A stretch of 58,167 nucleotides of DNA from Ministeria vibrans ATCC 50519 (lineage: Eukaryota > Protista > Filasterea), in assembly GCA_943704425.1 (NCBI GenBank), contig CALSCP010001441.1:1-58167 (forward strand), read 5' to 3'. Under the pieces are notes generated by a model. It saw only the letters and a list, made by a program, of their open reading frames with translations, searched no databases and had not been told where the DNA came from. A program made the position numbers and the translations under genes. Shown one piece after another: positions 12,919 to 25,073 of this stretch (position 1 is its first letter; each line of letters begins with the position of its first letter).

Positions 12919-13718
12919 ATGAGAATATCGCTGTCTCTCTTTCAGTATGATGAGCCTATAGGCGATATGACGATTGGAATGGACGCTTTTGTTTGATTCC
13001 GTCTGGATTTTGTTCTTTGCTAGCAAAAGTGCGTCGTCCAAAGTGTGGCTCTCACGTCAACAAGCGGACTTCTATGTTGCCGAAGCGCACCGGCTAGGTC
13101 TACGATCACGAAGTTATTTCAAATTACAACAGTTGGACGAGAAATTCAAGCTGCTGCGCGCTGGCTCTGTCGCGGTCGATCTCGTAAGCAATGGAAGCTT
13201 TTCACTCGTTTGCTTAGACGCGTGTGTGGTAGGGATGTGCTCCTGGCGGCTGGCTGGAGTACACGACGAAGAAGGTCGGGGCTAAAGGCCATGTTTTTGG
13301 AGTGGATTTGCTGCGCGTTGAGCCGTTGGCGAATGTGTCTAATGTGACGATTCTCGACAAGCAAGATTTTACGCATGGGACGACCATCCAGCATTTAACT
13401 TCGGCTCTGGGCGGGCGGCAGGTGGGTATGGTGATGTCGGACATGGCACCTAACGCGAGCGGGATGCCGGCAAGCGACAAAGCGCGGATATTTCATTTGG
13501 CGGACTTGGTCACTGACTTTGCGATCAACCCAACGTCTGGAGTCCTTGGCAAGCGAGGGCATCTCGTCATCAAACTGTGGCAAGCGGGCGCAGACGGACT
13601 GGCACTTCGAAAACGACTACAGCCTCTTTTTGAGACGGTGCGCGAATGGCGACCGCCTGCAACACGCAAGAACAGCGCCGAGTACTATCTGATAGCGACG
13701 CAGTTCAAAAAGAATTGA
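12919..13718 (+). CDS. MRM2: RrmJ/FtsJ-type mitochondrial rRNA 2'-O-methyltransferase
   Basis: SSKVWLSRQQADFY, RSRSYFKLQQLDEKFKLL, APGGW, VMSDMAPNASG, LVIKLWQ, PPATRKNSAEYY. Confidence 0.9.
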
Positions 13719-13810
13719 TCCAAGAAGGATATATAATGTAGAAATGGTCTTGTTGAAGCAAAAAAAAAAAAAAAAAAAAAAAAAAAGAAGAAGGAAGGGA
13801 ATATAATAAA

Positions 13811-16752
13811 TTACATATTTTCAACGTGATACCATGTGACAAGGCCCACGCAGGCGACAGACCAGACAAGGATAAGGTAGAAGAAGAAGACATGACCAAA
13901 GGGGGAGCGGTGCGGATTGGGCCCCAAATGGGCCAGGTCGTCGTGCAGCAGCCGACGCCGCACAGCCCACACCAGGAACAGCGGCACGATATACTGGATG
14001 CCCAGGCCAGCATACGACCTGTGGTATTAAAATTCAGTGAATGAGGATTTGTTTGTGTTGCCTGTGTGATTGTGTGACGTGTGCGTGTCTCTATTTGCTT
14101 ACCCGGTGAAGGAAACGAGCAGATTGACGTTGGTCGTGATGAAGGCAACGGCAATGGGAGGAGTGAGAGCCAAGAGAGGAAACAGAATGCGCTGGACAGC
14201 CCAGTGGTAGGGACGGCCGCTTTTACGGGCAAAGAGAGTGGCAAGGTTGTTTCGTAGGGTAATGACAATGATCGGGAAGTTGGTGGAGAGGACGAGAACG
14301 GGAAAGAGGAGGAGGAAGTACTTGAAGAAGGCGATGCGGTAGGTGGCAAAGTTGTACGTATAAATAGACTCGATCTGGCCAAATTGGAAGCGGAAGACAG
14401 CCGTGTAGCAGAGAACAAGGTAGAAGGAGAGGACGAGAACAAAGTCCCAGAACAGCAGCGGGAAAATGCCCTTTTTGGAGCGAAGTGGGGTGATGAGGGA
14501 GGGCAGACTGTGGTGGCACATGAACGAGTAAATGGCAACGCCAAACATGATGGGGATGTTGTCCCAATTGAACGTCTAAGACGACACAAGAGTTGTATGA
14601 GTAAAATAGAGAAACTGGAGTGTGTTGTGGGTGATACTTTGATGACAGTGACTGGATTGGGTCCATCGCCCGACGTGATTCCGTTGGCAGCAAGAGCAAT
14701 CATGAAGATGAACGCCATGTAGCGCGTGACAGTGGTGCACAGCTGGAGATACTTTGTCTTCTGGACATTGAAGAAGCAAAAGGGCCCAATGCAAAGGGCA
14801 AAGAGAGCCAGAAAAACATTGTAGGCATCGGTGTTGTCCAGAGAGCCCATGCAGGGCCACGACGACGGCACCGTGTAATTGGTAATAAGGTGCATCGTCC
14901 CGTTGATGGTTTCGTTGTACGTGTGTGTGTAGTTCTAAAGTACAAAAAATGGAAAGTTTATACGAGTGTGTGCAGGTGCAAAAACTGCCTCTCAAGTGCG
15001 TCTTGTCTCTATCACTTGCTTTCTCTTATTCTTCATCATTTTCTCCCTTCTCTCTATCGTTTGTTCTTTCTCCTTCCTCTCTATCGTTTTGTTCTCTCCC
15101 TCCTCTCCATTGTTTTGTTCTTTCTCCCTCCTTTCTCTTCTCTCTGTGTGGGTACTTCTTACTGGCTGCGGACACACAGTAATTTGTAGACTCTGTGGCA
15201 CTGTCACTGCGTAAATGGCCAAATCTCCATACAAATACACAATAATGCAAATGTAGAAGGCAATCACTCCTCCCTATTCAAAACACAACCCAAAAAAAAA
15301 AAGAATGAATGAATGAATGAATGAATGAATGAAACAGACCAGTCAGTCACTCTCGCTCTCGCACTCTTTCTTTCACTGTCAAAATAGTAGGTGTGTACCT
15401 TTGACCATAACTGTTCGACCATTGTGCCCATTTCAACTTGAAGTAGGATGTTAAAGGGAGTCGCTTCAAACTCGGGTTCAGAGGACGCTCCCTTGACTGG
15501 CTCAGCTGTGTCTACAATAGCAACAACAACAATGGAAAAGAAAAAACGTTGACAAAACTGTTTCTCTCCCACTCTCTCACACACTCACTCTCGCTCTCTT
15601 CTTTCCCAGTTTTATTCTCTTTCTCTACGTCTTTCTTTCTCTCTTTCTCTAGCTGCTCGATTCGAAACGAGGGGTGGAGAGGAGTCGAGAGGAAGAGACC
15701 GCGAGAGGGAGAACTGCCATTTATATATATTATCCACAGAGAGACAGACAGACAAACAAACACAGACACACACATACAAACAATAATAATAATAATAATA
15801 ATTATTAATGAATGAATGCGTTTCGTTAGTTACCATCGTCTTCATCGGCACTCTTGCCACTCGCGCGCATCTGCGTGCCATCCGCGAAGGTATAGGCACG
15901 CGCCGCTTGGTCAGCGGGATTCTGATTGAACGAGCCCCTTCCACTGGCTCCCCTTCCTCTCCCACCCCTCACTGACGAATCATCTAAAGGATCTTGGTAC
16001 GCACCGGCAAGAAGCGCCCGAGTGAGCGGCGCTGACGCAAGACCCGTGTCGCCCGCATCGTCCTCGTCCACGTATGCCTGCTGCACGTGTCGCCCGTGCA
16101 CGAAAATCGCATTGGACGCAGCCATCACCTCAATCATGTACGTGACCGTCATGTAACTGCACACGACAAGAGAGACATAGGACATAATAATAAAATTTAA
16201 AAAAAAAAAAAACGACAATGTGAGTGAAAAATGAAACCATGTGAGTGCTGCGAACGCGGCAAAAGTGACTTGTGGACGATGGCAAGGTGTGGGTGATGAG
16301 AAGGGAGTGAGGCAATGCGCATAAATGTCGTGATGGTTAGTTTTTCAATGATGAACACTCTTTGTCCTCAACAGAGCACAAGAGCACACGCACAGTGCCC
16401 AGCTCTCAAATGAACCTTGAATGCATCACAGTACGCATACATTTAGCGAAAAAACCCCAAGGGAAACGATGCGCATGAGGGTTCTCTGGACGCGAAGAGA
16501 AAAAAAAAAGCATGCGAGTACCTGAAAAAGGCAAAGAGAGCAAGACACACAGTGCCGAGGATCGCACCCATCTCGTCCATTGCCTACAGAGGGGACAGGG
16601 AGCGGGGGGGGCGGTCAGGAGGGGCATTGGGGGGCGCGTTGTAGTACGTTGGGCAGATTCAAAGCACCGGCGCCCACGATCAAATTGAAGACGTAGACAA
16701 AGGCCACGCCCTTGGAATACTCCGTTCCTTGAGGAACCGCTGAACCACCCAT
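13811..16752 (-). CDS. TMEM104: TMEM104-like amino-acid transporter family protein, multi-exon
   Basis: YSKGVAFVYVFNLIVGAGALNLP, YMTVTYMIEVMAASNA, IIVYLYGDLAIYAVTVPQSL, GPFCFFNVQKTKYLQ, YSFMCHHSLPSLITP. Confidence 0.92.
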
Positions 16753-16972
16753 AGTAATTAGTAGCGTGGATTGCGGTAGGTTACTCCAGAAGGATAAAGA
16801 AAGTGTGAGCAGTGAGACAGTCAACAGTGAGAGCAGTCACTAGTTAGTCAGTTGAATCGCTACCTTCCAAGCAATGATCAAGCCCAAATGACTTGCTGGC
16901 CGAGTTACTCGCGCAAGTAACTTAAGAATCAACTCTTTTCTTGCTCCCTAGTTTGCTTTTCGTGGTACGTAT

Positions 16973-19148
16973 ATGGCGTCCTCGTCAAATGGAGACTGGC
17001 TTGAGCCCGTGGAAGAGTCGGCCGGCGCTGCTTCCGCTCTGCTCAGACCACCGCCGAAATCCCCCATGCGATCGCCCGGCTCCAGCATGATGTCCAAGTT
17101 CAAGGTGAGCTGCCCACTGGCCAGCGTCCGTTGCTATGGAAGAGGGTGTACAATCGGCGGTTGCCAACGAGACTGTCTTTAAAAAAAAAAAAAAAAAGTG
17201 ACAGTGGTGTGGGGTGAGGGGTGATGCCACTGCGCGTGCGAAGGGCCCGTGTGCGGGAGTCAGCGTCCCACTGCGCCGAATGCGCGTCCGTCTGCATACG
17301 GTGTGAGTCTTGCGGGTTTTGCGATGTGGAAGGGAGAGAGTGCATCCCCCTTGGCGTTATTGCGCGGCTGTCCCCGCATGCGCGCACTCCGCGGGCGCAG
17401 CGGGCGTTCCTGACGATCACAGCATCCATCGGGGGCAGGGCGAGCGCACCCCGAGTCGTGTGTGTGCGATACGACAGGGAACCAGGATTAGGGCGTTGTT
17501 TTAAAAAAAAAAATCTCATTGTAGCGGTCGCTTTCGCTCAAGAGAAGACAGACAGGCTCGCAGCCAACGACGCCGTCGTCGGCGCCGGCGGGTGGAGTCT
17601 TAAAAGACCCGCTTAGGAGGACATCATCAGCAAAACTCCAAAGGTGCGCGATTCAGTTTGATGACGTCTTCAATTTCACCGTGTTTTGTCGCTTCTAGCG
17701 ATGGAGCGCCTCCTCCTGCCAAGCCCAAGACCAAAGTGTTTGTAGTAGAGCATGGGGTAAGTGCTTTGTGTCGATGAGCTTCTTCTCTTCGTCACTCTCC
17801 CTTTTTTTCTTTTTTTCTTTTTTTTTTTTTTTTTTTCACTCCCTCTCACTCTCTCTGTGTTTATTGTTTTGTATGCGATGCTTTGTTGAATGTGCGGTCA
17901 GGCTGCGGCGCTGTCGATGACGGTCGTGATGATATTCGTGTCGTGGACTGTCATTGCCTTCATCCTGTGCCGCCAGTTCATGTGGCGACGGCGGCAGCGA
18001 CGGCAGTTGAAGCTGCAGATGAAGGGCCCCGCGGCAGCACTGCGGCAGGGCCGGCCACGGCGCAACTCCGACTTGCCCGAGCCCGGCGACTCTGACTACC
18101 GACCGTCTGATGCTGAGTCGTCTGATGGGGCGTCGGCTATGCTCGATACACCCTTGCTGAAGAGCGCTGCGGCCGAGGATGCTTACAGAGACGACGACGA
18201 GGAGGCACAGCTGAACAACATCACGCAAAGCGAGCTGGCGAAGGAGAGTGAACGTACAGCACTCACCATCGAGGCTCAAGTGAACGTGCCCGCAAACGCA
18301 ACGCTTGTGTTCAACGACGAAGAGATCCTCGTCAATACGATGGCATCGTCCGGTCTGCTGCCCATGTACAAGACCTTTCTTATTCTCCAGGGCTTCTACA
18401 CCATTTTCCATTTTGGTGCTGAGTTCATCTTTGGCTACTCCCAAGCACCGCTCGCCGTCGAAGTGCTTCTCAGCGGTCTTCTCGTCTTCACCCGCATCAT
18501 TTTTGTCGACGGTCTCATCTTCTTTCTCGCGCGCGAGTACTACGGCTCAAACTCCCTCAAGGCCGCCATTGTCGTCACCCTTGTCTGGTCTGCCTTCTGG
18601 GGTCTTATTCTTGGAGCAGTACGAGCGAGCGAGAGAGAGGAGGGAGAAAGAAACAAAGTGAAAGAGAGAAGGAGAGAGAGAGAAAAATAGAATTGTAGCC
18701 AGTCACATACGCTCACTATATTTGCCTCTCTGTTCTTTTTCTGTTTTTCTCTCTCAGCTCAAAGCGACGTGGGATGCCCTCAACTCAGACACAGACGACC
18801 CAAAGTCGCGCGTCTATGCTCTCACTCAGCCAGACCCGACTCTCTCCATTATTTACGCGTGTGCCATTGTCAGCCTTATCATTTTCCTGTGGATTGCTGA
18901 GCGTGTGCAGCGCCTCAGAGTCTACATGAGAAAAAGTGAGTGGGGGGGAGGGCTTAAACTAAAGAGATTTCAATCATACCATTAAATTTGTGTATTATTT
19001 TAGTTGGAGTGTGTCCTCGACCCGCATTCTACATTTATTCAGTGTAAGAACCAGAAAAACATGCACTATGAGAGATGACTAATGATTGAGCTACACACAA
19101 GAAAGAGAGAGAGTGAGAGTGAGAGAGAGAGAGGAGGAAGAAAGAAAC

Positions 19149-19209
<61 letters not shown>

Positions 19210-21081
19210 AGAGAGAGAAACAAAGTGATAGAGAGAGAGAGAAACAAAGTGATAGAGAGAGAGAGAAACAAAGTGATAGAGAGATGTACTATGATGAGAG
19301 TGATACGAATTGATGTGTGTGTGTTTTAGGTATCTGTTTCTTATGTATGTGTTTCTGGGACTGGGGAGCATCTTTGAAAAGGTCGACGTCAACGACTGTT
19401 ATGCCAACTGGACCATCAGCAGCATTTTCTTTGTGTTCTCGCCCATCGTGGCGTATGCGACACTGCGGCGCGATTCGCTCTTCATGTGCATGTTAGATGC
19501 GGATGTGGATGATGTGGATAATGTCAATTGGGCGTCGGACCGTCAGTCAACTGTCCATGAAGCATCGCGTACGACACGCCTAAATAATATGATTATGTTT
19601 ATTGTTATATTAATATGATTGTATTGTATCTATATGTGTATGTATGTGTGTGTGTGTGTGTGTGTAGTGGCACGTTATGTACAGCACGGGAGCAAAGCGC
19701 GCTTGCTTGACTTCCGTAAACTAAAGCTGCTCCACCATTGGGCGAGTGGCGCTAAAGGTCGTGTCTGGCGCGGAGTATACGATGGACATTCCGTACGTGA
19801 CAGTCTCTTTGTACTCTTCCTGACCTGCATCACACTGTACCTTGTCTCTCTGCTTTTCGTTGTTCTCTCAGGTCGCAGTCAAACGCATTTTGTGCGATGA
19901 GTTGGTGCGTCGCGATGTCATTCGGTGTCTCAAGGAATCCTCCTTGATGGCCCAACTAGATCATCCCAATGTGGTGAAGTTCTTTGGAGTCTGCCCTATG
20001 CCACCTGACATTTGCTTAGGTAATGAGAGACTCTCTCGTCCATAATGGTTTGTGTGGTTCTTATCACTTTCGGTCTTGTATAGTCTCTGAATTCTGTGAA
20101 TTGGGTGAGCTGTATGGGTTTCTGCATCGTCTGCGGCGTCCTCTGCACCACAGTATGGTTGTGTCGATGAGCATTGACTGTGCTCTCGGGCTCAACTACC
20201 TCCACACCCGCGATCCTCCCATCATTTGGAGAGATTGCAAGACAAAGAACTATCTCGTCAGTGAAATCTTCCGCTCTCTCGAACACTTTCTGAACACGCT
20301 CTTCTTTTTTTTATCTCTGTAGGTGGATGCAAATCTGAAGGTGATGCTCGCGGATGTGGGTGAGAGTCGTTGTATTGAGCGCATCCAGCACATCAAGCAC
20401 TCGGGGAGCGTGTCGAGTGCACGTAATATTGCTGGGGCGTCGGTGCGTCGTGACTGGAGTGGCGAGAACCCTTTGGAGAGCACTGCGTCGTCGCATACCT
20501 CGGAAAACACCTATTTCTCAACGTCAGTCCCGGACGTGGATGCGCCTGCTACTAAGCGCACTCCCGTGCGTCTCAAACAGATTGCGGGTCCTGCCATGGG
20601 CGGTCCACTTGATGTTCACGCCGACAATGCCGATGCGGTCTCTGTGCGCTCCGACGCCACCCTCCGCTCCTTTGCCATCAGCCACGGCATGACCATTGGT
20701 GTGGGCACTCTGGGCTACTGTGCCCCTGAGATATCCGTCGGTCGCTCCGACTACTCGCTCAGTGCGGACATTTTTGGTCTGGGCATTGTTTTGTGGGGTA
20801 AGCAGTGACTTGTGTGCTGGTTTGCGTTCCGCTGACCTAGTGTTTTGTTTTGTTGGTGTGAAATAGAAATCTTAACTCTGAAGGACCCGATCGACACGTA
20901 CCAGGAGGAGTACAAGCACGAGATGAACTCATTTGCGTATACTGGCGGCGAGCGATTACCCATTCCCTCCACGTGTCCTGCGCCCTTCCGTCTGCTCATC
21001 ACCCACTGTTGGGACATGGATCCCATCGCGCGCCCTATGGCCTGCGAGGTGGTCGCTTTGCTTCAGAATATGCAAGTCTGA
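16973..21081 (+). CDS. Multi-pass (about 7 TM) membrane protein fused to a C-terminal TKL-group protein kinase
   Basis: Hand-spliced exons give 7 hydrophobic segments, then ASGAKGRVW, VAVK, HPNVVKFFG, IIWRDCKTKNYLV, LADVGESR, GTLGYCAPE, DIFGLGIVLWEI. Confidence 0.85.
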
Positions 21082-21485
21082 ATACATTGTAGTATAAAGA
21101 ACCAAACTGTGTACTAAGAAACGATAGAAAGAAAGGAGAGTGGTTGATGTGTTTCTTTTTCGAAGTTGATAGAGACAACAGCCGCAGGTCCTTTGCTACG
21201 ACGGCACCCTGCATTGGTTCACATCGGCGTTGACGAACAGAGACAGCAGCAGCAGCAGGAAGAACGCGCCCACCCCATTGTTATTCTTCCTTTTATCACG
21301 TATTGACTGGTTCATGTGCTAATACCGCCGATTTCGTCTGATTTTCTTTTTTGGCGTAGTCGTACGCGTGTCGATTGGTGCGAAACTTTTCCGATTGTGT
21401 GACTCAGTGAAGGTGTGTTGGTAACTTGTCACTGCGTTTCTCCTTTTAAACTGCACACACCCCCGGGTTGAACAAAGTTTGGTCT

Positions 21486-22217
21486 TTACGTATACAGCCG
21501 CCCAATGGCCTCCTTCACAATTTTGTTACACATGGCCGAGTAAGGATTGATCCTCACAAGTTCCTAGAGAGCATGCAGAGTCAATGAAAAATTTAATGCG
21601 TCTCGCGTTCTCATGTGTACCTTTTTCGCAAACGCACTTCCAAGAGCGGCCGCTAAACAAAAGATATGTCGATGAGCCAGTGTGCTGGGCGATGCTTGTC
21701 GCTTACCGGCCTCCAAGTCTATCCTGGCGGCGTCCATCTCGTCGCGCTTCTCGTGCAACAGCGCCCGTTGACAGAGCGCATTCTGTTTGACGCGGCCGTC
21801 GGGACTGGCATCGAGCGCAATGGCTACCGTGAGTAGGCGCACGGCTTCGGCGTCGCTGGCGTCCTCTTGCTGCAGCCGCAGTGCCTGTGCAAGGTTGTTC
21901 ATGAGCGACGCGTTCTTCGCACACTCTTCACCGCCGTCCTCGACAAGCAACGCCTGCAACGACTCCACACAGCCCGCAATGTCTCCATCGCGATCCGACT
22001 TGACCAATGCCAGCTGCTCCTTGCGCCGAGACTCTTCGCTGCGGCCGTCGTGCCAAGCGGGGACGGCCGCAGTGCGTTTTGAAGACTCTGCAAGGGGGCA
22101 GAGGAGAGGGATCAGGGGAGGGAGGGACGGGGGAGGGGGTGCCGATCATGACATACTTGCGACGCCCGACACGCCAGGCGTGAAGATCATATCAAGGATA
22201 TCGTCGTCGTTCATCAT
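21486..22217 (-). CDS. TTC36: Tetratricopeptide repeat protein 36-like
   Basis: NDDDILDMIFTP, ASLMNNLAQALRLQ, ALCQRALL, AALGSAFAK, last exon ELVRINPYSAMCNKIV. Confidence 0.85.
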
Positions 22218-22356
22218 GCTGATGATTATTTCTGGAATATTTCTCTGATTTCTATTTGAAGTCTGAACTTCGAATAATGAAATAATTTTCGCTTTGATTA
22301 ACGTACAGCGGTTGTCCGTTGCTCGTTGTCGGTAGATTAATTTTGAGAATACACTG

Positions 22357-24076
22357 ATGGAAGCGGAAGAGATCAAAGAAGGCAAGGGGACGGCAGCTGC
22401 GCCGACGGATGGTGCGGCGCCAGAGCCAGCCGAGACGGAAACGGTCGAGACGGAAACGGTCGATGCGGCGCTGAACGAATGGGCGCCCGACGGGCCGGTC
22501 CAGTTCCTTCAATGGGCTGTCAAGGCTGGCAAGCGTGATAGTGCGTCGTTCGATCTGACGAAGCGCAGCGAGCGAGTGCGCTTCATGACCGAAACGGTAT
22601 GTGCGGTTTCGCGCGTGAGACTCAGAGCCCCGCACACGACCGCATGGCGTTTCTGCCGCATTCACGCTCTCCCACCTGCTTGCAGATCAAGTTACCCGAG
22701 GGCCTGCAAAAGGTCGAGAGCATTCGTTTCCGTGTGCGATCCGTACGTCACAATTCTGTTGGGACTCGGATGAGGGAGTTTGTCACACTTGCCCTGCGTA
22801 GGATATCAAGGGCCTGCGACGGTCCGCCGACACCTACAAACGAACAGACGACTCTGGGCCTCGCACCCTAGTGCGCTCCGAAACGGATCAGCTGGGGGAC
22901 TTTGACGCGTGCGAGACGCCCTACGACTTCGCCTTTGCCGCGACCAGCACGCCTGCCGGATCGTTTGCACGCGCCGGCGAGTACGAGGTGATCATGCAAT
23001 ACACAGGTACAGTGGTGTGGGGGAGAATGCGCAGGGGACGAGCGAGTGGCGCTGATTCTTCTTTTTGTAGATGCGAATGGCGAAACTCTCACTCATCATC
23101 AGGTAAGACACTCAAGGAAGTAAGGGACTGATCAGGATTCTGATGTACTCTGGGCGTGGGGAAACATGGGTGTGTAGTTCCGATACAGCATTGTGTCGCG
23201 ACGGTCGCCCATGACGCTGCTGCGGCTGTGGAGCGACCATGGTAACCGAGTGGTGCGCTGCTTTGACTTTGCCGATCCACGTCACATCCGCACCGCCTTT
23301 GACTACAGTGATCCCGACGAGGCAAGGAAGCTTGAGCGGCCCTTGGGTGTTGATTTGATCGAAGTAAGTTAACCGTGTAACCGGAACAATGCTCTGATGA
23401 CAAGCTTGTCACCCTAACCCTACCACTGATGACAAGTGCAATCCTAACCCTACCACTGATGACAAGTGTCACCCTAATCCTAATTTTTGACAAGTGTCAC
23501 CCTGATCCTCTAATTTTGGCGCTAATAATGCATTGGTGACCCAAGGGATAACACTAACTCAATTTCTGATGACAAGTGTCTAATCTGACCCTAACTCTGT
23601 GACCTTCGTGCGTCTAGGGCACTTCGTATGTCGATGTGTTGGTGTTTTCAGTGGAGAAACGTGACTTGGTGAATCTGTGTCGTCGCGAAGAACTCTTCAA
23701 AGGACCCATCAGAGTAAGACGATGCGAACTCACTAGTCGAGCGGTGCAAAATGAATCGTATTTTTGTAACGGGTATGTTTAGTTGCGAAGCGAAGTGATG
23801 GGAATGGGAAACTATCGAGCGCGTGCAGAGCCGTATGAACACCGGTTCCAATCGACAAATATTGCATCGGGCCTACTCGTGCGCGGACAGTTCAGAGTAC
23901 GACTCAGAAAATAACTCGTTATTCAACACTGGACTTCAATTTCAACTTACTTTTTATTGTTTCATTGGAACATGCCCTGTTTCTGCCCTGTGTAGGTGAC
24001 CGTCTCCTTCTATGACGATCAGGACAGCGATCTTGAGTCATTCACCCTCACTTCCCGTGTTGTCAAGCGCGAATAG
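22357..24076 (+). CDS. Tandem double RhoGDI-like (Ig-fold) protein, about 8 exons
   Basis: Domain 1: IKLPEG..IRFRV..TDQLGDF..PYDF..TPAGSFARAGEY..YTDANG. Domain 2: LIEGTSY..FSV..MGNYRARAEPYE..SGLLVRGQF..FYDDQD..SRVVKRE. Both follow the RhoGDI pattern LKEG/VGSY..RAEEYEF/PKGMLARGSY/FTDDDK. Confidence 0.75.
23395..23597. repeat. ~30-bp intronic minisatellite (TGATGACAAGTGTCACCCTAACCCTACCAC consensus, about 5 degenerate copies)
   Basis: Direct observation inside intron 23364-23617. Confidence 0.85.
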
Positions 24077-24329
24077 CGCTAGCTGACTAATAGTAAAATA
24101 AAACTAATAAACTGTACCTGTACCCACCCACCCTTTCACTTTTTTTTTTGCATCACCACAGCCGATATTTTATTGCGAGTACAATGTGAGTATGAGAGAG
24201 GTATAAAGAGAGGAAGAGAGGCCGTTCAGCAAGAGACAGGATTGGCGGTGACGTAATAGAACAAAGAAGGAAAGAGACGCAAACACAGGAAGAGAGACGG
24301 AAGAGAAAACCCCAATGGTGTGAGAGTGT

Positions 24330-24679
24330 CTAGATGAGCAGTTTCTCAACGGCAATCTTGAGGGACTGGATCTGAGACTTGAGCTGAGACGTCTCGTTGA
24401 CGGTAATGGAGCAGGCGATGACAGGGCGGGAGACACCGCACGCGCGACCCAAAGCCTACACACAAGAAAGCCCGTTCATATTCTCTCATTCTGCCTCCTT
24501 TCTCTCTCTCTCTCTCTCTGTATGTATGTATGTATGTCTTACCTGCTTGCTGTTTACAAACACATACGGGACGTTCTTGTCCTCGCACAGAAGCGGCAAG
24601 TGCAGCAGAATCTCAAGGGGCTCAGTGTCGGCAGCGAGCACAATGATCTCGGAGATGCCGCGGTTGAGCGACTTGGTGG
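24330..24679 (-). CDS. SNU13: Snu13/15.5K L7Ae-family protein; 5' exon(s) missing from the window
   Basis: [46 protein letters not shown]|[16 protein letters not shown]...KLLI*. Confidence 0.95.
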
Positions 24680-24947
24680 CTGCAGGAGAGGGGTAGAGAC
24701 AGGCATAAGGAGACACACGGAGAAGGGCTGTGGCAAGCGCAAAGCGGCGAGAGACGCACAACGACGGCGCTGACATGAGCATCGCCCATCGTCGCGAATC
24801 AGCCATCACCGCACCGCACAGGGCACTGGCGCCCCTGCACAACACGACACTCCACAATGGAGACACACCACCCCACAAAACCCCGCCAACCCCGTCAAGG
24901 CAAAGGTTCCCTCGTGCATTTTCGTCAAATCTCATGGCAAAAAAGCA

Positions 24948-24985
<38 letters not shown>

Positions 24986-25073
24986 GGCTGAGATCGCAAC
25001 GACGCGGTTTCGTCGAGAGTGATGGAGAGACATGGAGCATGGGGACTGATGGGCGCGCCTTGCGTTTCCGTAG

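Noticed and set aside
16340-16430. ATGATGA box-C-like motif in a TMEM104 intron (possible snoRNA)
   Set aside because: On the strand opposite the host transcript, with no convincing box D or terminal stem
23395-23597. Palindromic repeat as CRISPR array or true telomere
   Set aside because: Degenerate tandem units with no unique spacers; internal to an intron with genes on both sides
22988-23995. Alternative terminal exon model for a single RhoGDI domain
   Set aside because: The intervening sequence splices into a full second RhoGDI-like domain, so a tandem-domain model fits better
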